Shown one piece after another: positions 26,108 through 37,532 of a DNA stretch of 64,000 nt. Both the position numbers and the translations under genes were made by a program. Origin of the DNA: Azolla caroliniana (Eukaryota > Plantae > Polypodiophyta); contig JBHGNT010000003.1 of assembly GCA_043228905.1 (NCBI GenBank), positions 24,924,001-24,988,000 of the forward strand, written 5' to 3'. Position 1 is the first letter of the stretch. Every line of letters starts with the position of its first letter. Under the pieces are notes generated by a model. That model saw nothing but the letters and a program-made list of their open reading frames with translations, ran no database searches and was not told where the DNA came from.

Positions 26108-26300
26108 ATGAATACCCCCACAAGCAACAAAGGAAGTAGCATTTCTATAACTACAATTGTATCCATGGATCACATACTTATAGTTTTCATATTTAACCCA
26201 CATGAATACCCCCACAAAAGCAACAAAGGAAGTAGCATTTCCATACCGACAGTTGTATACATGGATCACATACTTAGGGTTTTCACATTCAGGGTTTACA
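26108..26300. repeat. About 93-bp tandem duplication
   Basis: Two copies of CATGAATACCCCCACAA..GCAACAAAGGAAGTAGCATTTC..TA...ACA.TTGTAT.CATGGATCACATACTTA. Confidence 0.8.
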
Positions 26301-26577
26301 GTTGAGTGTATGTTTGAAATTTGATTCTTCAACATTTAGGTTTTGATATACGTACAGTTTTCACACTTACAACTCCTGGGTGTAGGGCGTAGTATTACTA
26401 CTTGATTGTTCAACATTGATGTTGTTGTTTGGGAATCTTTCTCTATATGCAATGTTTGCTTGCTTTACAAATGCCAATGTTTGATTGCTTCACAAATGCC
26501 AATGTTTGCTTGCTTCACCAATCCTTTTGATTATCAATGGCCATTATTTTAGGTCCTTGATCAAACCATTGCATTTC

Positions 26578-28154
26578 TCAACACGACATCACTGGACAGT
26601 TGCACAAAAACTGGCGGCCATGAAATGTAGGTTGCACATTGATATGGCAGAGGACCCGCCACTCGGACGATTCGCCGGGCGACCAGCAACATCCGAAAAG
26701 AAGGTCACCAAGATCCCCCATGATTAACAATCCATGATCTCCTAGGGCTTTAAACATAACCCCACAACCATTTCCAATATCCGCCAAGATTGGCAACTTG
26801 CTTACATCTTTCCATGTATTAAAATGGTTCTCATAGACCTTGAGGGTACTTGTATTGACCTCTACTGCATAAAGGCGATTCTGTAAAACCGCAACCAAAG
26901 GCGGCATACAATCGAAAATATCAGCCCTGGACTTGATGAGATACATATCCTCGATCGTTCTCCACGTCCTTGTGAGTATGTCGTATTCCTCTGCACTTGA
27001 AAGAGGTTTATTGTTTGCATCTTTGCCACCAATCACATAGAATTTTCCATTCATGATGACACCGGAGCATTTGAAACGAGGGGTGGGCATGGGTGGGATA
27101 AGGCTCCAACGATTCATCCTTGCATCATAAACCTCAGCAGTTTGGAGGGCGTTCACAGAAACCTCTTCTCGGAGAGATGTACAGCGCCGGTGTGGGCGAC
27201 CCAAACCGCCTGCCACGTATGCAAAATTGCCAGGACCAGATGCGGAGGCAAACAGGCTCCGCCTATTGACCATGGGAGGTGCCTCTTCCCATTGTTTCAT
27301 GAGGTGGTCATATCGATAGTCGAAATTGCCGATGGGATCATACCATATGACATGGTTCACTATGCAAATCGGCTCTAGATGTCCTGAGGATGCATACGCG
27401 TGCACAGGTGAGAGGCTCTCGCATGTGTCTTCTCTTACATCGTAGACTGCCCATATGCTCGGGTCAGCGCCCAGAGATAGGAAGATGAAATGCTCCTCGA
27501 ATGAGCATTGGTTCCTCCGGATCTCAAACATTACCCCAGACTTAAGCAAGGTTCGGTGGCGGACAGAGAGCAGTGCAAGTTTCCGGAGATCTCGGATTGG
27601 GAGAAGTGAAATGCATCGGAGAGAGGTTTCTTCATCCAGCCCGGGCAAGAGAGGCTGTAGGAGTCTCTCATCATGGGCATGATCATGCTCTCCAGGACAT
27701 TGTTTCTCCTCATCACCACTGTGACCATGATCTTCTTCATTTTCTTGACCATGACCATGACCTTCACCCTCTTCTTTTTCACTATGACCATGACTTTCAC
27801 AACGATTTGTTTCTCTGTCACATTGACCATGACCATGAACATAATCATAATAATCGTTTTCCTTTTCACCATGATCATCCTCTTGTTTTCCTTTTTTATC
27901 ATGACCATGATTTCCTGTTTTTTGTCGGCAATAAGCATGATCAGGATCTTCATATCCGATATCTGTTTCTTTCTCTCCATCTTCTTCAGTTCCTATTTCT
28001 TCATCTGATCCTGTAACGCCAACGTCAATTTGTCTGTGCATAAGTGATGGAAAACTCTCTAAGAAGACTTACCATTCCTGTTGTGGCAGCATAGCTGCCA
28101 TCCCCTGTTGTTCTGATGGTGCCCTCCGATCCTCTGCTTCTTCCTGTCATCCAT
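26578..28154 (-). CDS. F-box/kelch-repeat protein (SKIP11-type) with His/Glu-rich N-terminal extension
   Basis: F-box 'LLPGLDEETSLRCISLLPIRDLRKLALLSVRHRTLLKSG'; kelch repeats 'AYVAGG', 'TAEVYD...W...PPMPTPRFKCSGVIMNGKFYVIGG', 'SAEEYD'; C-terminus 'LCNCPVMSC'. Probable exon 1 is 28154-28073 (MDDRKKQRIGG...), joined in phase across a 62-nt GTAAGT...TTACAG intron to 28010-26578. Confidence 0.9.
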
Positions 28155-28573
28155 TCTCCTTCTTATCTCCCTCTCTTTCTTTCTCTGTTTTCTTTCTTCT
28201 GTTGGTTTCTATTGTTTGCTTATATTCAGAAACTGTGATACTGATGATGAACTCACATAAAAGGCTAGGTTCATTTCACACTATAGCCATTGTTGTTATG
28301 GCGGTCTTGGTCTTGGTCTTGGTCAAGGTCAAGGTCCCAAAACCCCTGATCAATGTATGTTACTAATATATGACACCATGGTGAGGAGCCCTAAAACATT
28401 TTCATCCATATAGCCCATGGAACAAAAAACATGAGGGGTAAGGTACCGTAATTAATTGCATGCATAGCTCAAGCAATGGATTAACATGGGCTACAAGCTT
28501 GGGACTTAGCAGAACACCTAATTTGATATACTAGAATCTCAATCATTTCCTAGCCTTTCGAAATATATAGACG

Positions 28574-28702
28574 TATCTTATATGCAAGAATGCTTTCACA
28601 TTTCGCCTTAACACTATCTTACATGCAAGAATGCTTTCGCATTTTGCCATAACACTATCTTATATGCAATAATGCTTTCACATTTCACCTTAACACTATC
28701 TT
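28574..28702. repeat. About 41-bp tandem repeat (3 copies) upstream of the F-box gene
   Basis: TATCTTA(T/C)ATGCAA.AATGCTTTC.CATTT..CC.TAACAC x3. Confidence 0.8.
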
Positions 28703-29619
28703 GTTTTGCTTTAATCTTATCATAAAAATTGGGGTCAAATGAACACAATCTGGTTCATACATATATACATGTACAATCGAAAACCAGCATGAACATATAT
28801 CATGTATGTATATACATATATGAATGCTGGAGATAACAAATAGATCACATGTTCTTCTTGTGTCAACATATGAATCCAGATAATTATGATGCTGGGAATG
28901 AAGTGGTTGGAATAGAATACGATTGATATGCACTATGTGTTCACTTATATGTGCCTGTATAAAGTTCATGAGAGACCAAATATGAGCTATGGGACAATGC
29001 TGAGGATCAAACTTAGTTTCTCTCAATTTTATGACGATGCTTACAATGTAAACCTCTAAGAGTGACAACCACAAAGCTTATAAGGAAAGAAAACAAGTTG
29101 GCGTCTATCAAAAGAGTCAATGAGCACAAAGATGGTTAATAAATCACACAACAAAGCCAATGTAGAAATGAATACTACTCTACACACCCACAAGATGGCT
29201 TTTACAAATATGTGGGGGATCCTACCTCAGAAGTTCAACTCTATAAGAAATTGTGTCAAGGTGGCCTTATGAAATTGAAACCAATCCCATTCTTCTGGCT
29301 ATTGGTAGGTGAGTCTGTTGCATCACTTTAAAAATGTCCAACTTATGTAATTTAAACTAATGTCTGCCTCATCACACTGATCCAACATGGGTCCAACACG
29401 TGTTAGTTGAATTCTTAATTTTGTTAAGACCATGAGATGGACAGTTCGTAAAAAGTGATGAGTCAACCCCCTCAGATATGGTCGTATTGTAAGCTTTCAA
29501 ACATACATCCAAATCCTTATGGCTTATGTCTGTCAAGAATTGCAATCTGTGAAAAACTCTCCTCAGGAGAATTCTCTGCCAGCACATGTAGAGACACAAA
29601 TCCCTACCATCCATCCAAA

Positions 29620-29835
29620 TACATGTGCACATACACACACACACACACACACACATACATATATACATGTGTATATATGCATACATACATACGTACATAT
29701 ATACATGTGTATATATGCATACATACATACGTACATATACACCTGTAAACATGCATACATACATATACACACATGCATGCATGCATCCACCCATATATTC
29801 ATGAGCATGCATACCTGCATACATAAAATGCACAA
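29620..29835. repeat. Compound (CA)n/(TACA)n/(TA)n microsatellite just past the PPR stop
   Basis: Directly visible. Confidence 0.9.
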
Positions 29836-29894
29836 ACATGCGTTTGTGCTTCTTTTATATGAACATCCACTCCGCAACATCAATGAACTATACA

Positions 29895-31895
29895 TCACAA
29901 CTTTGGCACTTCCACTCCTCTCACTGCCATCATTGTTTGTTCAATCTTTTCCACATCAACCCCTAGACCATCGACAGAATAAGTGTTTGCAAGCAATACA
30001 CATGCTGCATCATGCTTGGGATTTAGCTTTAATATGGTATTAGCTATCCGTTTGGCTCGCTCAGCATCTCCATGTTCCCGGCAAGCACTAAGCAATGTCA
30101 CCCATATAACAGAATCAAGCTCAAATCTTGCCTTATGAATCACATTCTCAGCATCATCTAATCTCCCTGAGCGTCCAAGAAGGCTGACTATACAAGTAAG
30201 ATGCTCTATCCATGGCTTAAGGTTCGCATTTTCGAGCATTGAAAGGAAACAGTTGTAGCACTCGTCAACAAGACCTGCATGGCTACATGCATTGAGAAGG
30301 CATAAGTATGTAACTTCATCAGGTTTGATCCCTTCTTTTTGCATAGATTCAAAGAGTTTTAGACCATCTCTAGCATGTCCATGTTGACAACAACCGGTAA
30401 TAATGGCATTCCAAGACATCAGATTGTGTTCATCCATGGTAACAAACACTGAGTACGCTTTTTCCCAAACACCACATTTGGCATACATGTTCACAAGAGC
30501 ATTACATACAACGACATCTTTTTCCATCAGTTCATTTGCTTTAAGATTCTCATGAATAAATATTCCATCGGCGAGGGCTGCAGGGCCTGTGCATGCGGCA
30601 AGAAGACTAATAAAGGTGAATTTATCAGGTTTTATTCCTTCTTGTTGCATTTCTTGGAGCAATTTGATGGCTTGGTTACTATTTCCATATTGGGAATGAA
30701 CTCCCACCATTGAATTCCAGCATATGATATCACGAGGTTGAATTTTGTCGAAAACCACACAAGCATTATGTAGTGATCCACATCTACCGTACATGTTCAT
30801 AAGGGCAGTACTGAGAATTATATTAGAGCCAAACCCATTTTCTATAACATATCGATGAATCAACAAACCTTTGGACATGTCCGAGCATGCTCCTAGAACA
30901 CCGATCAAAGTGACTTCATTTGGTTCAACCACAAGGTTTTCAAACAGCTGGAAAGCTTCAGCACCGTAGCCATAGTTTGAGTAAACAACGATCATCGAGG
31001 TTGACGCAATGACATCAGGATTCAGAATCTTGTCATATGCGGATCGAGCGAGATGTGGGTCGCCACACTTACCGTACATGCTTACCAGGGCGGTTGCAAC
31101 AATGAGGTTAGACTCGAATCCCATACTAGAAACATTCATATGGATGAATTTCCCATCCTCAAGATACATAGGGTTAACACAAGCACCAAGGGCAGCAACG
31201 AACGTGACTTCTGTGGGCGTTATACCTTCTTCTAGGAGCATTTTCCGGAAGAGACTTAGGGATTCGTCGACAAGGCCACATTGTGAGTAGACCGAGATCA
31301 TTGTTGTCCACAAGACATGGTCCGACGAATTATGTCTGGACATTTGATCGAACACTAGTCGAGCATTCTGAACATCTCCACACCGACCATACATGTTGAC
31401 TAGAGATGTGGCAAGGGCCAAGTCACCATAATACAAATCACAACTTACCACATGGTCGTGAATCATCTTTCCATATACCCACGTGGTTTCATCCACACAA
31501 GCCTTAAGAAGAGTTAACAATGTTACTCTGTTCGGGTCAAACCCTTGGCTTTTCATCTCCTCGTAGACATGGAAAGCTTCGTGGCTATGGTTTTTGTCTT
31601 TACTTATACATGCAGACATCATAACAGTCCATGAAACAACCGACCTTTCGGGCATTCTTTCAAACACGAGTTTTGCATGTTCCGAAGAGCCACAATTCCG
31701 ATACATACCGATGAGGAGGTTTGCTATGTAGATGTCATGGTGGAGGAGACCCGAGAAGATGATGTGCGAGTGGAGGAGGTGAGCTTGGGAGAGATGGAGG
31801 GGTTGTCTCTTCAAGGAGATGGCAGCCTCGTCTCTGGTCAGGATCAATGGAGATGAAGTGGAAGGTTCAGTACCCATCATCATCATCATCATCAT
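29895..31895 (-). CDS. PLS-class pentatricopeptide repeat protein, E subgroup, no DYW (organellar RNA-editing factor type); single exon, 666 aa
   Basis: Repeated P-L-S motifs ('NLLIGMYRNCGSSEHAKLVFERMPERSVVSWTVMMSA', 'NALVNMYAKCG', 'PDEVTYLCLLNACSHAGLVDE') and E domain 'IWVTLLSACREHGDAERAKRIANTILKLNPKHDAACVLLANTYS'. Confidence 0.95.
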   Translation of the reverse strand: MMMMMMMGTEPSTSSPLILTRDEAAISLKRQPLHLSQAHLLHSHIIFSGLLHHDIYIANLLIGMYRNCGSSEHAKLVFERMPERSVVSWTVMMSACISKDKNHSHEAFHVYEEMKSQGFDPNRVTLLTLLKACVDETTWVYGKMIHDHVVSCDLYYGDLALATSLVNMYGRCGDVQNARLVFDQMSRHNSSDHVLWTTMISVYSQCGLVDESLSLFRKMLLEEGITPTEVTFVAALGACVNPMYLEDGKFIHMNVSSMGFESNLIVATALVSMYGKCGDPHLARSAYDKILNPDVIASTSMIVVYSNYGYGAEAFQLFENLVVEPNEVTLIGVLGACSDMSKGLLIHRYVIENGFGSNIILSTALMNMYGRCGSLHNACVVFDKIQPRDIICWNSMVGVHSQYGNSNQAIKLLQEMQQEGIKPDKFTFISLLAACTGPAALADGIFIHENLKANELMEKDVVVCNALVNMYAKCGVWEKAYSVFVTMDEHNLMSWNAIITGCCQHGHARDGLKLFESMQKEGIKPDEVTYLCLLNACSHAGLVDECYNCFLSMLENANLKPWIEHLTCIVSLLGRSGRLDDAENVIHKARFELDSVIWVTLLSACREHGDAERAKRIANTILKLNPKHDAACVLLANTYSVDGLGVDVEKIEQTMMAVRGVEVPKL

Positions 31896-31974
31896 GTCTC
31901 TCCTCTATTCTGATCTATATATTCCCCCAAATTCTCTTATTCAAGCCACAATTTCTATTCATTGCAACAACTAA

Positions 31975-32120
31975 CTGTATATATATACATATATATATAT
32001 ATCCGTATGTATACAGTATATGTAACAGTATATGTATATGTCCATATGTATACCGTATATGTATATGTATATGTATATGTATGTATATATATACATATAT
32101 ACATGTACATATACATATAA
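31975..32120. repeat. (TA)n/(TATATG)n microsatellite upstream of the PPR start
   Basis: Directly visible. Confidence 0.9.
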
Positions 32121-32249
32121 GCTCAAAGTATAAATGACACCAGCATGATCCATATGATCATAGTTCGGTTAGTATGACTACTTGATATAATTATGTGGTT
32201 CCTTCTTTGATTCTATTTCTCATGTAGTCAACTACAAGTTATGGAACAA

Positions 32250-32962
32250 AAAGATTTACGGTTGCAAAAGAGTGCGTAATGTAAATATATGGAGAGAATA
32301 GAAGTTGTTTGTGCCATTTGTTATAAAGGGAGGATATTCGCCCGATTCCGTTTTTTTTCAATATTCGGTTCGATTGGGAAGGGAGATGATAAAGCATAGG
32401 GTGCTCCACTAGCTAACAACAACTAAGACATGGTTGTCAAGTTATAATGTCGATCCTACCTGCATGACAACATTTTGGAAATTCAATAGTTCAATAGTCT
32501 TATGGGCTTTGTGGACTAGTAGACGTCGAAGGATATTTCAAGAAATTCAATGGAATGTTGTGGATGTAGTCAAGGAGATTTGGTTGACTTTGATGCATAC
32601 ACTAAAAGGAGAATATGATGCTATCAAGGGCGATTCAAATGCAGTCTTTCGAAAACAAGAGGTTTTTAAGAAGAGATGGGAAAGGATGAATGTCTTCTTC
32701 ATGGTTATGGTTGTATACATTGGAGGTGTCAACCACCTCTTTGGGTATTTCCTCCTCCAACATGAGGCATGTGGTCATGTACAACTGTTCTTGGCAATGC
32801 TTTGGGAGATATGTATGTTTTTGGCAACCTAAGAGCAATTGGGAAAAAAGGTAAAAATTTGTGTTGAGGTTGTTATGTATTTGGAAGTGTCCATGTATCA
32901 TGTAAATCGCTTTGGACATAATATAAACCATTGTTGGGAAAAGAAGAAGAAGAAGAAGAAGG
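32250..32962 (+). mobile_element. L1-clade LINE 3' fragment (degenerate ORF2 C-terminus)
   Basis: 'FWKFNSSIVLWALWTSRRRRIFQ...KEIWLTLMHTLKGEYD...WRCQPPLWVFPP' (frameshifted); ends in an A-rich/(GAA)n tail. Confidence 0.7.
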
Positions 32963-33061
32963 TGAAATTCAAACTCATTTTCTAGAAGCATGGTATAGGA
33001 CACATGGAAATATTAAGTGTTCTCTTGCTTATCCATTCCAATGGTTACCCTCTCACCAATA

Positions 33062-33692
33062 TGTTGCTAAGGATGCAAATAGGTGCCTACCCTATTGTTG
33101 CAATCCCCAATATATAAGAAATAGGAAAACAATCTATGCCTTTGATTTTGAGTCGATCTACTGTTAGGTCATAGCCAAGAATAGGTCGTTTGTTGGGAGG
33201 ACGGAGTGGCACGAGCACTCTACTCCGATTCGAGGCATCGCTGCCATCAGAGGTAGTTGTGGTCTCGGTGGCCCACTTGACTCGCCTGCACCGGAAGCTT
33301 CCTCTCACTTTCTTCTCTTGCTTGAGCTTGTCACTAACTTGAAGTTACCATCATTCTATTTCTTATGCAACTTGTAAACCCTATTCCATAAAGGGATTTT
33401 CTTGTATAAACTAAAATCTAGATCCTAATATGACTTCATTTGGTCTTAATCACATGATAAATCGTTAATTGTGTATTAATCTCTCCCATCCGTTCGTGTC
33501 GTATGGCGCATGGATAAACTAGTTTGATCTTTTGATTGGCGCAAACCTTTCACTAATTTGATCTTTCGACTAGCGTGAGCCTTCGACTAGTTCGATCTTT
33601 CGACTAGCATGCGTCTTCGACTTACTCCCTTTTGACTCCTCCATCTTTACAACTCCCTAGTCCAAGTCCCTTGTGGTCCCACTCCAGTAACA
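33062..33692 (+). mobile_element. Putative solo LTR
   Basis: TGTTGCT...AGTAACA imperfect inverted termini, internal TATATAA and short tandem repeats (33520-33620). No clean TSD. Confidence 0.3.
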
Positions 33693-33989
33693 CATGCACA
33701 CACGTTTATGCGACAACGTAACCACTATTATGTATAGGGTGAATGATAGATGAGAACAAGAAAAGAAAATAGAAATAAGAGAACAAATTATGTCATTATG
33801 CTTGTAGTCTAGATTTTTTAAAAGAACTATACTTTATATAAGATGATAATATATTGGTTAAAGCTTAGGTATATCTAATTATGATCATTGGTTTAAATAT
33901 CCATTATGATTATTGTATAATATATATTTATGGTATTTTGTATAGATCATGAAACCTATGTGAATGGTGCAAACACCCACTGCATTGGC

Positions 33990-35860
33990 ATCAAATAACA
34001 ATGTGACAAATCTTTCCAAATCTGAGAAATGTAGCTCCAAATCTAACCAACCCTCTGATATTGTATGAATTGGTGAGTGTTATCTTCCACTTCACCAATG
34101 CAAAAGAAGCAATTGCTTGTTGCTAGTCCATTTCACGTTAGAGTTAAAGGTACATTCTCGATTGATACTCTGCAAGTGAAGACCTTTGCTATATATGGGA
34201 ATTTTGAGTGCCAACTATGTTTCAAGATATGCCACCATCCATAATCTAAGTTATAAGCCTTCCATTCTTGTTCAACCTTAGATGATAACCATAGAAAAGA
34301 CTCAATAGAGCAATGATACAAGATATTAATAGTCACTTGTTAAAACGGATTCAGACCTTGCCAGTCATCCCTTTGTACTCTTCGGTTTGTATAGGTAAAT
34401 GACTTCACATCAATGTTATATTCCATAGTTACTGCCAAATAAACTCATAAACAAGAAAGATGTGTAGTAACTGTCATTTTTCAACAAAATCCATAATTCT
34501 TTGAGATGGATCCTCAAATACATCTCCCACCCACCTCTTTGGTCCCCAAACGAAGCAATTGCAGCTCTCCCCAAATTCCTTGGGGTTGTTAGATGGTCCC
34601 ACGGAACCCATATGATTCTCATCTTATCCCTCTTTCTCCACAACAAAATTTGAAGATGTTGCAAAATGGAATGCCAAGCCTTCTTTGTCCATGGTAGGAA
34701 TGCCAAAAAATATAATATCATGGGTTCCATAATATTGAGGAATACGCGGAATAGTCTCCGGCAACAACCGAAGAGTAAATCACTTTGTACAGTCGAACAC
34801 AGAAGAAATGAGAAAAATGGAGGTAAGTGCACAAACAGAAAGAAAAGAGAATACACAGGATATTAACGTGGAAAACCCTGAGAGGGAAAAACCACGGGAG
34901 TCCACAGACTCCAAACTGTCACTATATCACAATGATTACAATAGTGAGCTCATGGAGGCAATGACCTCGTGCTCACGATCTTCGCCACAGGCGGCGGTTA
35001 CAACAAAGGCAACGACCTCTCTATATCTCGAGCTCACTCACTCTCTCTCTCTCTCTCTGTACACGGTTTCTCTCTCACAATCGTGACAACGACAATGACA
35101 ACCACAACACTAAGTTTGCCCTAAGTCATATTTATACAAAAATGACTTTTCGGCTATTTACAAGTATAGCCCCGATGGACTCTCAGAAACATATTTACGA
35201 ATATGTCCCTTCATCCGGTGAGCACTCCTCACCGGGCCTGCATCATCCGGCGCTTGCCGGGCACTCGTCATCCGGCGCTTGCCGGGCACTCGTCATCCGG
35301 TTCTCACCGGGTCTTCCGTTTCCGGGTACTCCTCATCCAGTTCTCACCGGGTCTTCCGTTGCCGGGTACTACACATTCGGTTTCGGCCTCGGCCGATGTT
35401 CTCACCGGGTCTTCCGTTTCCGGGTACTTCTCATCCGGTTCTCATCGGGTCTTTCGTTGTCGGGTACTACACATCCGGTTTCGGCCTCGGCCTATCCGGC
35501 CGAGTTTGCTCATCAACACTGTTCTTCTTACTTCCCATCCGGAGGGACCTGTTTCCTAACACATAATACATCGTACAACCTTCAAGCCTACATGAAATGG
35601 TTAGAGATTATGGCTTCCAATACATGAACTTATCCCTTAAATTGTTATTCATTTGTTCAATCAAATGGGCATTCGTAACATTCACTCCCAATGGATACCT
35701 GAAGTGTCAAAAAATGGAGTCTTTTCTAATCATGGATCCTTGCCATCCAAGACATTCCAAAGCCCTCTTAGTACAAAAGATGAGATTAGACTTCCTCCCA
35801 TTAATATGCAATCCAGATGCCTTGCCTTATAGAGCCTACCTCATCTCCATTAACACATGA
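33990..35860 (-). mobile_element. Degenerate L1-clade LINE ORF2 fragment, interrupted by a solo LTR
   Basis: Minus-strand fragments 'GKASGLHINGRKS', 'FRYPLGVNV', 'LKVVRCIM|EPMILYFLAFLPWTKK...LLWRK...WVPWDHLTTPRNLG', 'WWHILKHSWHSKFPYIAKVF'. Confidence 0.7.
34733..35561 (-). mobile_element. Solo LTR (Copia-like), 829 bp, with 5-bp TSD CATAA
   Basis: Termini TATTGAGGAA...TTCCTAACA; CATAA at 34728-34732 and 35562-35566; minus-strand TATAAAT near 35130; U5-like CCCGTGGTTTTTCCCTCTCAGGGTTTTCCACG; internal GC-rich CCGG tandem repeats at 35200-35510. Confidence 0.85.
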
Positions 35861-37084
35861 TATACCTTCAATTATTGCGGAGGAAAGGCCCAAATTTCTT
35901 ATGACTTCTTTTGTTTTTGTCATAGTTTGAGTTTTGTACCCTTGTCATTCTAGGTTGTATGTTATCGATTGGGCCTGGGTGACTACTTTTACTCCCACCT
36001 TCAATGGTAGGACCAACAATATGTCCATGCCAACCTTTTTCTTCTGCTTTGAGTAATCAAGCACTAGATATTCTCAACCATAATCTTGGCATTTGGCTTC
36101 TTTTTGAAACCATGAGATCAAGTGTTGGGCATGTTGGTCTTGGATGTGGTCAATCACACTAATAACGAGGGATTTTGAAGCAACATTTATAGTAATAATG
36201 TTTAATTAAGCATTCACTCACCATGTGGGAACCTTGACAATTGAAGCATTTCATTTCTAGCTATTGTAATGCACGTTTTATCCCCAACATTGCTTCCTTG
36301 TGTTCATTCACAATACATACATGGGGAAGATATTGCTAGCAACCTTAGTTTTAATGAGGATAAACCTCTTCATATTTCTTTGAGTTGTGATAAACTTTTG
36401 TTTTGTTTTTGTGTGGGTAATGCATTTGATCTCCTGAAAGACAAGTTTCACTTTTGAGAACTTCATTTCTATGTGTGTATGCAGGATTGTTCAAGTGAAA
36501 TGAATTGTTTGGATGGTCTAGGTACTCTATTAGGTGATATAGGTGTTATATCAAGAGTCATTGTCCAAAATGGTCATTAAGTGCTCTCCAAAAATTATCT
36601 GAGTGGTCCACAAAAAAGGCCTTGCACCATTTACAATATTGTGGTTGTCGATGGTTTAAGTGTGGACATTCCATGTGCAATGTCACCTTGGTTGTTATAA
36701 GTCTCCCATGTGCCATAGTGATTTGGCTTGTCGTTAAAGCCTAAGCGATGGAAACCCATAGCCAATGGATCCAAAAATGATCTCTTGCCAACGAAATAAA
36801 TAATTCTCTCTTCTTTACATGCACTTGTCCGTTCATGCGCCTAGCTTTTACAAAATACAAGTTAATATTTTATCACACTTAACGTCTCCCAAATCCTAGA
36901 CGATTGATCTTGCCAAATAAATAAATAAATTTTCCTTTCTAATAAATAATTCTTCTTTCTTTACATGCAATTATCCTTCCATGCACCTAGTTTCTACAAA
37001 GTACAAGTTAAACATTTTATCACACACTTTGTGCCTCCCATGCACCCTCGACCCTTTCGTTTCCAATGGTGAGGTCTTACCATT

Positions 37085-37532
37085 TAGATTATACTTCTAT
37101 AGAGTTTAATGACGATTTGGTTTAATCTTATTTCTACGCTACAAGGAAAGTTGGATAGTCTTCAGGGGCCCTTTGATGCGAGTGAAGAAGCTAGATATCG
37201 CGTCCTTCTTAAATGGAGAGGTTCTCCGATGTTACAGATGGTGGATGGCAATGCAAAGTGGATTTATCAGCCACCCCAGTGGTTGTTTCCTCCTAGGGTA
37301 CCAAACATAGAGGTAGGTGCTGAATTGTGAAGAGATTGGAGGGTGTCTTTGCTGAATGTGGATTGTGTGAGGCTCATGTTGAGGGGAGTCTGTCGAGTAA
37401 TTCTATGACGAGGATTTGTTGCTTATCTTGTAGCCATTGCAAAGTGGCTTGTAACATATGAGTTATATATTATCCTATGTACTTTTCTTAACTAATGGAA
37501 GTAGATTTTTTTTGGAAAAAAAGAAAAAAAAG
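37085..37532 (+). mobile_element. L1-clade LINE 3' end with poly(A) tail
   Basis: 'IWFNLISTLQGKLDSLQG...W...AKWIYQPPQWLFPP' is homologous to the 32.4-32.8 kb fragment; A-tract at about 37516-37531. Confidence 0.7.

Noticed and set aside
27455-28016. Antisense and alternative-frame ORFs over the F-box N-terminus
   Set aside because: Shadow frames of the CATGGT/GAA repeat region
29372-30043. ORFs rich in Y/I/H/T/V/C/M (also 31847-32153, 52229-52669, 20409-20844, 59795-60125)
   Set aside because: Translations of microsatellites or satellites lacking stops
35142-35627. Three overlapping ORFs of 95-161 aa
   Set aside because: They arise from GC-rich tandem repeats inside the solo LTR
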